This document shows positions 1 to 14,631 of a DNA stretch of 64,000 nt, in pieces. The stretch's first letter is position 1, and the number at the start of each line of letters is the position of its first letter. A model generated the notes under the pieces. The model made no database searches. It was given only the letters and a program-made list of their open reading frames with translations, and was not told the DNA's origin. Both the position numbers and the translations under genes were made by a program. Source of the DNA: Octopus vulgaris. Its lineage: Eukaryota. Location of the stretch: assembly GCA_951406725.2 (NCBI GenBank), contig OX597825.1, positions 76,818,001-76,882,000 of the forward strand, in the 5' to 3' direction.

Positions 1-237
1 TATATATCATGTATATGTGTGAGTGTGTGCATGTATGTGTGTATATACATATAACTGCTTTGCTTTTATATATATGCATACATATATATACATATACATA
101 TTCATATATGTACATGTATGTATGTACGTAGGTATGCATGAATGTATGTTTATATACATATATACATGCATATATATATATGAATATATACATATATATA
201 TATCGAGGGAGAGGGATAGAATGAGAGAAAGAAGCGA

Positions 238-274
<37 letters not shown>

Positions 275-279
275 TCATG

Positions 280-337
<58 letters not shown>

Positions 338-699
338 ATCACACACTCACACACTCACTCACCCACTCACGGATATACATAGATATTCGTCTGTCTACCT
401 AAACGTAAATGTTGATTTGGCCGCTCCATTTTAGGCTGCTGGTCGATTAATATAAGTACCTGACGAAATGTTGGCGGCGCTGTTATTGACGAGTGATGTG
501 TACATACGGTTGGTGCCTAAACATGTCCCTAATCGAACAACCAAAAGCAGCGAAGGAAATGATAACTTGATCGTTGTACTGTCACTTGTAATTTAATAGG
601 AAGTATGAGGCTGTGTTCGTTGACAAGATCGACCATGCAATTCATAACATGTGTTTCAATTGAGTTATTGTGTTAAATTATTTCACATTATTTAACACA

Positions 700-858
700 G
701 TCGCAGGAGTGACTGTGTGGTAAGTAGCTTGCTTGCCAACCACATGGTTCTGGGTTCAGTCATACTGCGTAGCACTTTGGGCAAATGCTTTCTGCTATAG
801 CCTTGGGCCGATCAAAGTCTTGTGAGTGCATTTGGTAGATGGAAACTGAAAGTAGCCC

Positions 859-862
<4 letters not shown>
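700..862 (+). mobile_element. SINE family B, 5' half only, running into (TA)n
   Basis: GTCGCAGGAGTGACTGTGTGGTAAG...GGTTCAGTC (A/B-box-like), CORE-like TTGGGCAAATG, ends GGAAACTGAAAGTAGCCCG then (TA)n; matches the full copy at 11290-11723. Confidence 0.8.
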
Positions 863-909
<47 letters not shown>

Positions 910-1377
910 GATGACGCCGTTAATCGCTACACACCAGCCGATGCTAATTGGTCGGTAAAAATTTAAGATGGCTTTTGTGGCTTTTAAGCTTATATAATTA
1001 GTTCCAAGAAGCCAATCATGTCATTTAAGGCTGTGTTTCAAAATTGAAAATCTGAGTAATGAGTTTCGAAACGCGGTAGAGACCCCTTTACAATATGCAA
1101 AATAAAAGAATATATGATAAAAAAAGAATAATAAAAAGTAACACATGAATATATATAAACAAATAATATCTACATATGTCAGAAGTGAACTGCGATGTCA
1201 TAATCGAGTTAAACTATGATCAGAAGACAATACAATCTAGACATATAACCATCCTACAATATACATATAATAGTATATTACCCGACGCATTATTTGTCAG
1301 GGAATTTAGCTGCAACAACTCGTCTGACGAGTGATGTAAAAGATCTATTATTTGCACAGTGGTATCATTAATTGTAA

Positions 1378-1610
1378 GGCGGCGAGGTGGCAGAAACGTT
1401 AGCACGCCGGGCAAAATGCGTAGCCGTATTTCGTCTGCCGTTACGTTCTGAGTTCAAATTCCGCCAAGGTCGATTTTGCCTTTCATCCTTTCGGGGTCGA
1501 TTATATAAGTACCAGTTACGCACTGGGGTCGATATAATCAACTTAATCCGATGGTCTGTCCTTGTTCGTCCCCTCTGTGTTTAGCCCCTTGTGGGTAGTA
1601 AAGAAATAAA
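1378..1610 (+). mobile_element. SINE family A (tRNA-derived, Meta-like core), full-length young copy with TSD
   Basis: Head GGCGGCGAGGTGGCAGAAACGTTAGC, B box GAGTTCAAATTCC, core GCCTTTCATCCTTTCGGGGTCGAT..AAGTACCAG, tail AGCCCCTTGTGGGTAGTAAAGAAATA; TSD TATCATTAATTGT at 1363-1375 and 1611-1623. Confidence 0.9.
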
Positions 1611-1669
1611 TATCATTAATTGTTGTAGTGGTGGTGGTGGTGGTGGTGGTGGTAGTATTAGTAGCAGCT

Positions 1670-1752
<83 letters not shown>

Positions 1753-2205
1753 TGTTGTTGTTGTTGTTGTTGCTGTGAGGTTTTGGCGTTAGCTCTGTCT
1801 GTTCTTCACTGTAGAAATCAGATGTGATATGCATAACAGACCTAAAACCCAAGATATTCCTACTGCGACCATCCCCACTTTTCTTTCGGGCATGCCATCC
1901 AGATTATTCAATATTCCATTGACTTTACAAGACTATAATATTCGGAGAGGTTTCGCTGCTATTTCTAACAAATTCTACGAATGCACATAGTGGCTGTCAT
2001 TCGCCCGTTTTGGTGTCTCGCAGTGCCATTCCTCAACGTCGGTGCTGTGTTTGGTTAAAAGAGAATTCCAAACACCAATATCACGTTTCCTTTGAGATAT
2101 GTGATAATGATTCTTCTACAAATTAATTATTGTCTGTAACAGTTTGGTAAATCGATTCCTTTATGTCTAATTACAACGTCTCCACGACGAAGTGTATACA
2201 TATAT

Positions 2206-2272
<67 letters not shown>

Positions 2273-2914
2273 CACATATACATACATACATACATACGCA
2301 TATATCTTTATTGCACGCAAATACATACGTACGCACAGATACATGTATACGCTCACTCATACACACATACACACACACACACGCACACACACATCGTTAT
2401 ATAATTATCAATCTACATGAGTTCGAAGGAAATCAATTGTATCGACCTCATTAGTCTTTGAAGGATTTTCAAAGTCTGTGGTCATTGCTCCGTCTCCTCT
2501 TGCTAAATAACAACAACAACAACAACACTAATAATAATAATAATAATAACAATCAACATCATCATCATTTTTATTATTATTTACTTTGCCACAATGGCGA
2601 TCATAAGAGACTCCATAGAGCCACATTTGTACATGTGCGTACGTACGTACGTGTCTATGTTTGTATATATTCGTTATATAAGTGTTACAAGCACTACGTA
2701 TACATAGACGCGTATGAGCACACCACACATTTTTCAAATAATTATGTATGTATGTGTGTGTGTGCACGTGTGCATGTGTGTGCGTGTGTGTGTGCGTATG
2801 CGTGCATGTGTGAATAGAAAGGCAGACAGACCACCAGACAAACAGATAGATCGATATAGCTCCATATACAATTATACATATACTCACACACTCGCGCATG
2901 TATTGAGAAGAGAG

Positions 2915-2961
<47 letters not shown>

Positions 2962-3306
2962 CAAAGAGAGAGAGAGAGTGGGAAGACAGAGAGAAATAAA
3001 GAGAAAACGAGAAGGAGAGATAGAGGAGGAAAGAGGTGGAGAGAGAGATGGGGAGATAGAAGAAGGGTGAGAGTAGGAAGGGAGAGAGAGAGAAATGGAG
3101 ATTGAGGAATTTGTAAGATAAACTTATGGGCATGTGCTTTTAGCAAACTAAAATTTAGTTTCCAATGAAATCGTGATATAATTAGATGCTTGATTTCTTT
3201 TCCTCCGTATTTAGGAAAAGATTTCCATTTCAACTTCTGTAAATGTTTCAGCCTCGGTTAAGGTCTCATCAGAAATTCGTTGCTGTTGCTTACTCCTGTT
3301 CAAATG

Positions 3307-3590
3307 TTATTATTATTATTATGGCTTGGCTTCGCGAACGAAGATCAGGAAGGCTGTCCACGTCGCGTGCATGGATGCTCATGACTGACAAGTCCGATAT
3401 AGGAAAGGCAGGTCCGTGAGCAGTGTCCCCAGTCGAAGGTAACATCCGGTGTGGTGTCAGAGACGGCTCGCGCCTTCCTCCTGCGTCTCTTGTCTTTAAG
3501 TGTATCTCAAACTTGCTGACTGCGTTGAAGATCGTGTGGCGCCAGACATCACGGTCCGCAGCCAGGTCCGACCAGCATTGGTGCCTAATG
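3307..3590 (-). mobile_element. RTE-clade LINE, 3' terminal fragment
   Basis: Minus translation WSDLAADRDVWRHTIF...KDKRRRRK...HCSRTCLSYIGLVSHE (C-terminal zinc-finger-like region), followed by tail TCTTCGTTCGCGAAGCCAAGCCA(TAA)n. Confidence 0.85.
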
Positions 3591-4031
3591 TAGTTATTAT
3601 ATAAAACACGGATATAACTAACTCGGCTTGTATAATTTGTATAACAAGGTAGTTATTCATGTTAGGGACACCGGAAGACTTGGTGCTTTGTACTTCAGGT
3701 GGAACACAATATTATCGACATGAAAACACCTCCCATGGATGTTGATAATATATTAAAATTTCGTTATGTCTTTATCGGTGCAAATCAAATCGAACTCAAT
3801 AACTTCGTTTTTAAGGAATAATTGACGATCGACCGAATTACGACCGACCGATTAGAAATAGCAGGCTGATTTCCCTCAAATTACATGCTACCCTGTTATT
3901 TTTCTTTTACACTGCGAACGTGATATTGACCCGTGTGGACATAAATATACAAAACTGTGTCGGACGGACACGAACACCTGAGCACACCTTGAAATATTAG
4001 GTCAGTTGCATTTGGTGTATAAGGAACTGAG

Positions 4032-4064
4032 CTACTACTACTACTACTGCTGCTGCTACTACTA

Positions 4065-4131
<67 letters not shown>

Positions 4132-4175
4132 TGCTGCTGCTGCTGCTGCTGCTGCTACTACTACTACAACTACTA

Positions 4176-4252
<77 letters not shown>

Positions 4253-4290
4253 GCTACTGCTGCTGCTGCTGCTGCTGCGCTGCTGCTGTT
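4032..4290. repeat. Compound (TAC)n/(TGC)n trinucleotide tract
   Basis: Alternating blocks of CTA and CTG units read directly. Confidence 0.95.
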
Positions 4291-4438
4291 GTTGATGGTG
4301 GTGATACTACTGCTGCTAGGGCTCTTGCAATGTACGTTATATTTTCTGGGCCTATGATGTAGACGCCACTGATTTATGTGGGTAAAATCTGTCTGTCTGT
4401 CTCTGTCTTTTACTGTATTTACAAATGTGTGAGTGTAA

Positions 4439-4505
<67 letters not shown>

Positions 4506-4949
4506 AAGTAGAATAAATCTGTCCCACATTTCCCTTAGCTAAGAGAGAATTGTATTAAATCAATCGAAATCATTGCTCTGCACCACACAATTGCATATGC
4601 TTTTGCTTGCTTCAGTCAATAGACTGCGGCCATGCTGGGGCACAACCTTTCGTTTTAAGCTTGGCAATTATTCTATCAGTCCCTTTTGCCGAAACGCTAA
4701 GTTACGGATTTAACTTGGAAAATTACTTCAATATACCAAATTTGAAAGTTTTGACGTAATTTTAAAAATCACACAATATGTGACAACAACCGGAAAGACC
4801 CAACAGAAGTAGAGAGACAGACAGTTACAGGACATAACGCGCGCGCGCACACACAGAGGCACAGACAGACATACAGAGACACACACAGACACACGCATAC
4901 ATATTTTCAAACGTACACACAGGTAACTACGAGGTTAAAATAGTGAATA

Positions 4950-5142
4950 CTCTCTTTACTCTTTTACTTGTTTCAGTCATTTGACTGCGGCCATGCTGGA
5001 GCACCGCCTTTAATCGAGCAAATCGACCCCGGGACTTATTCTTTGTAAGCCCAGTACTTATTCTATCGGTCTCTTTTGCCGAACTGCTAAGTGACGGGGA
5101 CGTAAACACATCAGCATCGGTTGTCAAGCAATGCTAGGGGGA

Positions 5143-5212
<70 letters not shown>

Positions 5213-5375
5213 CGACAGGCTTCTTTCAGTTTCCGTCTACCAAATCCACTCACAATGCATTGGTCGACCCGGGGCTATAGCAGAAGACACTTGTCCAAGA
5301 TGCCACGCAGTGGGACTGAACCCGGAACCATGTGGTTGGTTAGCAAGCTGCTTACCACGCAGCCACTCCTGCACC
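4950..5375 (-). mobile_element. SINE family B, full-length, with internal (CA)n(TA)n
   Basis: Reverse complement of head (GGTGCAGGAGTGGCTG), internal microsatellite, and tail GCTCCAGCATGGCCGCAGTCAAATGACTGAAACAAGTAAAAGAG. Confidence 0.9.
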
Positions 5376-6131
5376 TGTTGACATATATATGTACTATGTA
5401 TGTATATACATATATATGTGTGTGTAACTATGTATGAGTGTTTCTTTACGTTGGACGCCAGAAAATCCACCTACTCCCTCTCTCCTTAAAGCTACGTATT
5501 TCCTACACACACCTTTCGTTCCATTCCGCGGCGTTTTAAAAGTTGGTTATGTGTATGTGCATGTATGTGTGTAGTGTGTGTGTGTGTGTATGCATGTATC
5601 TATGTATTTACAAAAGTATGAATGACAGCTGTATTAACGTTACCATCCCACCACCACGCCATAATTGTCGCTTACATAACGTTGTTCTGCCCTTCCCTGA
5701 TATCAGCCATACTCACTATGTCACCACATTTTCCTCACACTAACACTCTTTGCACCCTTCTCAGTTTATCAAATAATAACCCAACCCCGCTTAGTGGCCA
5801 ATTATCGATGATTATTGAAATCTAATTAGCCTGTAATTGAATTAGATGTTAGTTTAACATGTATGCAAAGTTTTTGCCGTTTAAGTATACATGCGGCCAT
5901 GTTGGGACACCGCCTTGAATTTGTAATCGAATGGATCGACCCAAGTACTTCTTGTTTTTTTTAAGAAGTGGTATTTATTCTGTCGGTCTCTTTTGCCGAA
6001 CCGTCAAGTTATGGGGACACAAACACACCAACACCGGTCGTCAAGCTGTGGTGGTGGAGAGAAACACAGACGCAAAGACACACATAGATATGTATACACA
6101 CACATATATATATACATAGATATACACATAC

Positions 6132-6163
<32 letters not shown>

Positions 6164-6612
6164 GTATACACACACGCATAAATATATATATGCATGTTGT
6201 AAGATGTTTTGCATTATACATACTACAACATATATGTAAATGACTATAGATAGAATCACGTCTATTTTTAAACACCCATGCTCATGAACACCCATAAACA
6301 CTTATAAACAACCATATTTGCATATATACAGACGGACAAATCCATCAAGACAGACGCGCATATACACAGATACATGCGTGCATATATATTTCCACATACC
6401 CCCGCCTACACACGCAATCACATACACAGACATGCACACATATATGCATATATCTACGCAGATCTGTATGATATTTTGGTCTTCTATATGATAGCCTCAT
6501 ATGATGTGATAAAAAAATAGATTTATAACCATATGTCATGCCAAAATATACTGTCTTCACAGATGTCCGGCTTATTATTATTAATTGCTCTGGTTATTAA
6601 TACCGTCATGAA

Positions 6613-6814
6613 CGCAGTGAGCCAGCAGAACCGTTAGCACGCCGGGTTAAAATGCTTAGCAGCATCTTTTCCATCTTTACGTTCTGAGTTCAAATTCCGC
6701 CGAGGTCGACTTAGCCTTTCACCCTTTCGGGGTCGATGAATTAAGTGCCAGTTACACAGTGGGGTCGACGTAATCGACTAGTCCCTGGTTCCACAAATTT
6801 TAGTCTTTGTGCCT
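6613..6814 (+). mobile_element. SINE family A, older-tail subtype, interrupted at its tail by a SINE-B
   Basis: Head, B box and core as at 1378; tail TTGTGCCT stops at 6814 and resumes as TAGTAAAAAAGGATTAT after 7240. Confidence 0.8.
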
Positions 6815-6976
6815 GGCGCAGGAGTGGCTGTGTGGTAAATAGCTTGATTACCAACCACATGGTTCCGAGTTCAGTCCCACAGTGTGGCACCTTGGGCAAG
6901 TGTCTTCTACTATAGCTTCAGGCCAACCAAAGCCTTGTGAGTAGATTTGGTAGACGGAAACTGAAAGAAGCCCGTC

Positions 6977-7026
<50 letters not shown>

Positions 7027-7240
7027 GTGTGTATGTGTATGTCTATGTGTATGTTTGTCCCCCCAACATCGCTTGACAACCGATGCTGGTGTGTTTACGT
7101 CCCCGTAACTTAGCGGTTCGGCAAAGAGACCTATAGAATAAATACTAGGCTTACAAAGAATAAGTCCTGGGGTCGATTTGTTCGACTAAAGGTGGGACTC
7201 CAGCATGGCCGCAGTCATATGGCTGAAACAAATAAAAGAA
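6815..7240 (+). mobile_element. SINE family B, full-length
   Basis: GGCGCAGGAGTGGCTGTGTGG head, GGCACCTTGGGCAAGTG CORE-like motif, (TA)n(TG)n, tail. Confidence 0.9.
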
Positions 7241-7274
7241 TAGTAAAAAAGGATTATCATTGCTCTGGCTATTG

Positions 7275-7760
7275 GTACTGCGAACTGGCAGAGTCGTTAG
7301 CACGCCGGATAAAATGCTTATCGGCATTTTTTGCGTAGTTCCATTGTGAGTTCAAATTTCACCGAAGTTGGATTAGCTTTTCATTCTTGCGGGATCGATA
7401 AGATAAATACTCGTTGAACATTGGAAACGATGTTATCGACTAATTCTCCATCACCGAACTTCCTGGTCTTGAGAGTCAAAATTTGATACCATTTTAATAC
7501 TATCATTTTATTATACCTGGATTATTATTATTATTATTGTTATTATTATTATCAAGGCGGCTAGCTGGCAGAATCGTTAGCACGCTGGGCGAAATGCTCA
7601 ATGGTATTTCGCCCGTCGCTACGTTCTGAGTTCAAATCTCGCCGATGTCGACTTTGCTTTTCATCTTTCGGGGCCGATAAATTGAGTGATGGGTCGATGA
7701 AATCGATTTAACCCCTCCCCACAAACTTCAGTCCTTGTGCCTATGATTGAAAGGATTGTT
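7275..7760 (+). mobile_element. Two adjacent older SINE-A copies (about 7275-7490 and 7556-7760)
   Basis: CTGGCAGA..CGTTAGCACG head and GAGTTCAAAT B box in both copies; separated by (TTA)n. Confidence 0.75.
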
Positions 7761-8478
7761 ATTATTATTATTCAGTAGTTTTATTTTTATAGCGTGCTTT
7801 CACTTCACTACCGAGCGCAACTCTGTGTGCCTTGGGTATGTGCTGTGATTTGTTGTGATGCTCTGATGGTTATTGTATTGAAAATGTTTTGTGTAGGATG
7901 TGTGCAGTGCCTATTAGTACAATTTTCTGTATCTTATATATATTTGTGACTCCTGGTGCTTTTGTTATGCATTTGTCTGAATGTTTTTTTTATCATACCT
8001 GATGCGCCAACTATGATAGGAATTGCTTCTGTGTTTACATTTTACATTCGAGTTACCTCTATTTCCAGGTCTTTGTATTTTGAAAGCTTCTCCATTTCTT
8101 TTAGAGAATCGTTATCATCTGCTGGTATTAATACATCAATTAGAAAGCATTTTTTTTCTTCATGATCCCTGACAACTATATCTGGCCTATTGGCCTTAAT
8201 TTCTCTACCTTTGTGTATTGGCATATCCCAGAGCATGGTTGCTTTCTCGTTTTCTGTTATCTTTTTCTGGCGTGTGCTTATACCATCCCTTTTCTGTAGT
8301 TATTCTATAGTGTTGGCATAGCTTCCAGTGTATGTAGGTCCCAACTCTGTCGTGTCTGTGAATATATTCCTTATTAGCCAGGACTGGGCAGCCAGAGATA
8401 ATATGATTTATTGTTTCTTGTCCATCTCCACATATTCTGCAGTTACTTGTTTCTTTCCATTATATGTTTTTTGGTAAT
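7760..8478 (-). mobile_element. R4/Dong-like (RLE-type) non-LTR retrotransposon, decayed 3' fragment
   Basis: Minus translation: CCHC knuckle CRICGDGQETINHIISGC, YIHRHDRVG, LWDMPIH..NRPDIVV..CFLIDV..EKLSKYKDLEIEV (PD..D endonuclease), IQKIVLIGTAHIL; frameshifts and stops present; ends in (TAA)n. Confidence 0.9.
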
Positions 8479-8762
<284 letters not shown>

Positions 8763-9417
8763 TCGTTGATGTTATCCAGGAAGCGACTTTGGAGATTCGT
8801 TAGCGCATCAGTAGTTAAAATTCCTTGAATTATATCACCTTGAATATGATTGTGGACTGATAATGTCCGAATCGTGCAATCCGGGGCAGATGACTCCGAC
8901 GAAGTGACAACCCACGGAACTTGGCCCTGATTGCATAATTCGATCATTATCTTCACTGAAACACTTGTAAGATGGCGTAATTAAATAAGTTACGAACCGA
9001 CTCACTCGTTTTGTTTTTTGCGTACACACACACACACGTACAATACACAAATATATGTATATGATGTACAAGTGTACATGTATATATGTATGCATGTATG
9101 TATGTATGTATGTATGTATGTATGTATGTATGTATGTATGTATTTATGTATGTATGTGTGTATGTATGTATGTATGAACGTATGTATGTATGCATGTGTG
9201 TACGTACGTATGCACACTAGTATGTATGAATATGTGTGTATGTCAGTGTGTACGTATTTATGTATCTATGTATCGATATCTAGAACTATATTTATCTATG
9301 TCTCTCTCTCTCTCTCACCTAATATATATATATGAACGCGTGTGTATACACACACATATACACGCACATATAACGAGAGATAGAGAGACGGACAAAGAGA
9401 CAGAGGGAGAAAGAAAT

Positions 9418-9457
<40 letters not shown>

Positions 9458-9790
9458 AAGAGAGAGAGAAGGTGATAGATGGCTACACACGTAGATATAG
9501 AACTATACTCATATACACAAAAATAGAATAGGGGTTTATTTGCAAATAGCCAATTTTGGTCGAGTAAACGTACGCCAAATGACGCTCCAGCCGTAACTAG
9601 AAGTGTTTTTTTCATAAATCTATTGGTTTGTGACTTCATCGGTTGAACATCGACCGCAACAATCTCACCGATCTTCAGTGGATTTGTGCAGAATATGGCG
9701 CAACTTCTCTTTATCCAGATTAATCCAACAACAGCAATATCAATAACACACACATATGCATAAATGCACACACACACTCACACACACACA

Positions 9791-9877
<87 letters not shown>

Positions 9878-9878
<1 letters not shown>

Positions 9879-10010
9879 AGGCGCTAAACATAGAGGGGAC
9901 AAACAAGGACAAAGTGCGTAACTGGTACTTAATCTATCGACCCCGAAAGGATGAAAGGCAATGTCGACCTCGGCGGAATTTGAACTCAGATCGTAACGAC
10001 AGTCGAAATA
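9878..10010 (-). mobile_element. SINE family A, partial
   Basis: Reverse complement of B box, core and young-type tail with an internal deletion. Confidence 0.75.
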
Positions 10011-10201
10011 GGACACACACACATATATATTAGCAAATGCTTTTCCTTTCAAACTGCTATATTAAACACACAACAGTCTTCGTGTTTAATCTTTGTTGTA
10101 TTTATTGTTTGTTTTCATAATTTTTTGTTAGTTTTCATATTCAGTTGGGAACTGGCGCTCCAGGTCTGTTAATAATTCCGGTCTCATCTCTTGAATTACA
10201 T

Positions 10202-10673
<472 letters not shown>

Positions 10674-11021
10674 TGGCAACACGGTTCTTTTAGATAACAA
10701 ACGATCTTAGGAATATTGCTTTAATTGATAAAATAATCATCGCCCGATCCTAGCTTCTACAGTTTCTCTTCTCTGCGCTGCACATGTGCGTTGCTTTCCA
10801 TTGTGATGTTATATACAAAGTTTCATTATATAAACATAGTGAATCTATATTTTATATTATTGTTGAATTCTACAGAGAATATCAGTGTTATTTACTAATG
10901 TATTTCGATCATGTTTGGTTTGGGGTTATAATGCATTTTAATGGCTTCTACTGAATAAATAGTGAAAGGACAAGCAAAGTGACCCATATATACATACATA
11001 TACATATATACATACACACAA

Positions 11022-11056
<35 letters not shown>

Positions 11057-11165
11057 AAGATATATTTATATAAACACATACATATATATATATATATTTG
11101 CATATATGTATATGTGTATTTAGTGTATATATATACGTACTTAGTGTATTTATATATATATATAT

Positions 11166-11214
<49 letters not shown>

Positions 11215-11289
11215 CACACACACGCATACATATATAAATCATATACAAGTAGGTAGATAGAGAAGTAAAAGTAAATATATGTGTATGTA

Positions 11290-11455
11290 GGCGCAGGAGT
11301 GGCTGTGTGGTAAGTAGCTTGTTTACCAACCACATGGTTCTGGGTTCAGTCCCACTGCGTGGCACTTTGGGCAAGTGTCTTCTACTATAGCCTCAGGCCA
11401 GACCAAAACTTTGTGAGTGGATTTGGTAGACGGAAACTGAAAGAAGCCGGTCGTA

Positions 11456-11527
<72 letters not shown>

Positions 11528-11723
11528 TGTGTTTGTCCCTCCCAACATCGCTTGACAACCGATGGTGGTGTGTTTGCGTTCCTGTAACTTAGCGGTTCGG
11601 CAAAAAGAGACCGATAGAATACGTACTAGGCTTACAAAGAATAAGTCCTGGGGTCGATTTGCTCGACGAAAGGTGGTGCTCCAGCATGGCCGCAGTCAAA
11701 TGACTGAAACAAGTAAAAGAGTA
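11290..11723 (+). mobile_element. SINE family B, full-length
   Basis: GGCGCAGGAGTGGCTGTGTGGTAAGTAGC...AAGAAGCCGGTCG(TA)n(TG)n TTTGTCCC...GACTGAAACAAGTAAAAGAG. Confidence 0.9.
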
Positions 11724-11791
11724 TGTTTACATGATATATTCATAAATTACATCAACATAAAATTTTATGGGGATATGTGCGTGAATGCGTG

Positions 11792-11863
<72 letters not shown>

Positions 11864-12288
11864 TGTGTATGTGTGTGTATGTGTGTGAGGAAGAGATACA
11901 GAAACAGATACGGAAAAGGTTGCGAGTACACCAAAGGTTTGCTGACAATTATGCTTCGTATTAAATCTGAAACGAACCCCTGGGGAAAATATTCGTTAAT
12001 CTGTGAGACCTGAACGTCAACTTTTGTATTTAGACTATCGGTTTCTTTGTAATACTGAACAAGCCTCTTCAAATTTGTGTATGAATGAATACCTGCATGG
12101 ATTATGTGTATGAAAGTAGACGTGTTTATAAGTATACATACACACTTACACGGTATATATACGTATAAATATATGTGTCTGTGCGTGTGTTTGTGTATGT
12201 ATAAATCTACGTGTGTATGTATATGCATACATATATTTATATACACACGTATATAAATACATACACACACACACATATATATGTGTGT

Positions 12289-12355
<67 letters not shown>

Positions 12356-12542
12356 ACATACAAACACACATACACACGCATTATATATATATACATATAT
12401 ATATGTGTACTAACACGCTCACACGTATATATAGATCGATAGCTAAATAGATGCTTGTACATATACTAACACACATGCACGTATATATGTATATAAGTAT
12501 TTTTGTAAATTAAATATATATATATATATGTGCGTTCGTACG

Positions 12543-12588
<46 letters not shown>

Positions 12589-12848
12589 TAGTTTAAACTT
12601 CATCTTTCAACTCAGAAGCAAATTACACAGGACCATATTATAATAAAATCAAAGAAAGCAGTCATCAATATCTATCTTCGATCCGATATATTCACATCGA
12701 GAATCAACTTCAAAATCTTTATTCCGAGACATTTTAGTTTATTATATATCCCTTTTAATGTCCTTTATATTTGTGTACACGCACACAGACGCAGACACAC
12801 ACAGATATATGTATATATATGCACACATGTATATACATGTATATGTAG

Positions 12849-12895
<47 letters not shown>

Positions 12896-12958
12896 TTTTT
12901 GTACATACACATACACATATCTATATACATATGTATCTACATACACACACACACATAC

Positions 12959-13000
<42 letters not shown>

Positions 13001-13090
13001 CACACACTCATATATGTTTTTCGTTGTTATTGTTGTTGCGAATTTTTGTGTTTCATTTGTTTGACTTTTTTCATATTGTGTGTATGAGTG

Positions 13091-13121
<31 letters not shown>

Positions 13122-13467
13122 ATGTGTGTGTGTGTGTGTATGTGTAGAGTCGGGGTGCGATGTGTCTGTTTTTTTTTTTTCTCGCAATTAAAACGAATTC
13201 AATAATGAAGCAGAACAAAATGAATGTTTTAAATCTAAAATACAGATAAATCAAAAAATATCGAAATAAAGAAATAAATATACGGATGAAATAAATACAC
13301 AAGAGAAACCATTCTTCGAAGATTTAATGCCTGTCAAACCTTTTTAATCAAAGAACTATTAATGTGTAACGAATTTTTCCTCCTTTACAATTTACACAGA
13401 TGGGCTGCCTACTCTGCTTAGTAATATATATGTGTGGATATCTATCTCCTATCCTATTCTATCCTAT

Positions 13468-13615
<148 letters not shown>

Positions 13616-13667
13616 TCCATATTCATATGTATAATTATTTTCATTATTAGCATTATTATTATTCCTG

Positions 13668-13880
13668 AGACGGCGAGTTGGCAGAATCGTTAGCACGCCA
13701 GCTAAAATGCTTATCTGCTTATCGTCGGTGTTAACGTAGTGCGTTCAAATTCCGCCGAGGCTGACTTTGCCTTATATACTTTCGAGGCCGATCGGGTAGG
13801 TTCCAGTTGAGCCGTTTGATGTAATCGACTTAACCCACTCCCGAGATTGTTGGTCATATGCCAAAATTTGAAACACCATT
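13668..13880 (+). mobile_element. SINE family A, degenerate
   Basis: GACGGCGAGTTGGCAGAATCGTTAGCACGCC, GTTCAAATTCCGCCGAGG. Confidence 0.7.
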
Positions 13881-13903
13881 TGCATTAGATCAAAGCAACA
13901 ACA

Positions 13904-13952
<49 letters not shown>

Positions 13953-13964
13953 CGCATATATATA

Positions 13965-14124
13965 GGCGCAGGAGTGGCTGTGTGATAAGTAGCTTGCTAA
14001 CCTACCACATGGTTCTGGGTTCAGTCCCACTGCGTGGCACCTTGTGTGTGTCTTCTACTATAGCCTCGGACCGACCAATGCCTTGTGAGTGGATTTGGTA
14101 GACAGAAACTGAAAGAAGCCCGTC

Positions 14125-14191
<67 letters not shown>

Positions 14192-14409
14192 TATGTGCAT
14201 GTATGTTTGTGTGTCTGTGTTTGTCCCCCTAGCATTGCTTGACAACCGATGCTGGTGTGTTTATGTCCCGGTTACTTAGCGGTTCGGCAAAAGAGACCGA
14301 TAGAATAAGTACTGGGCTTACAAAGAATAAGTCCCGGGGTCGAGTTGCTCGATTAAAGGCGGTGCTCCAGCATGGCCACAGTCAAAATGACTGAAACGAG
14401 TAAAAAAAA
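13965..14409 (+). mobile_element. SINE family B, full-length, with a short 5' duplication (TATATAGGCGCA x2)
   Basis: Head, microsatellite and tail as in the other copies. Confidence 0.9.
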
Positions 14410-14414
14410 TACAT

Positions 14415-14631
14415 ATAAGGTTGCTGTAAAGTTCTTGCCTTTAAGGGTATCGCGCAAGGTCTGACTGGGGGCCCAAGCTTTCAAGTTCTTTTACAGGTCT
14501 TAAAAAATTGACAGACAGCTGCAATAAGTGTGTGAATCTGAGAAGGGAATATGTTGAATAAAATCATAATTAACTCATCCTCCTGCATTTTCTTTTGCCC
14601 AAAGCCAGGAACTTTTCAGCACCCCTTCGTA
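14415..14631 (+). mobile_element. Tc1/mariner non-autonomous derivative
   Basis: Imperfect TIRs AGGTTGCTGTAAAGTTCTTGCCT and AAGCCAGGAACTTTTCAGCACCCCTTCGTA; internal remnant KLTDSCNKCVNLRREYVE* resembles the mariner transposase C-terminus. Confidence 0.7.

Noticed and set aside
1378-1470. Bona fide tRNA genes at the A/B-box motifs
   Set aside because: No complete cloverleaf, and each continues into SINE core and tail; these are SINE heads
11930-12095. Minus peptide YTNLKRLVQYYKETDSL resembling an SH2 helix
   Set aside because: Short similarity, weak splice sites, and no other SH2 motifs nearby
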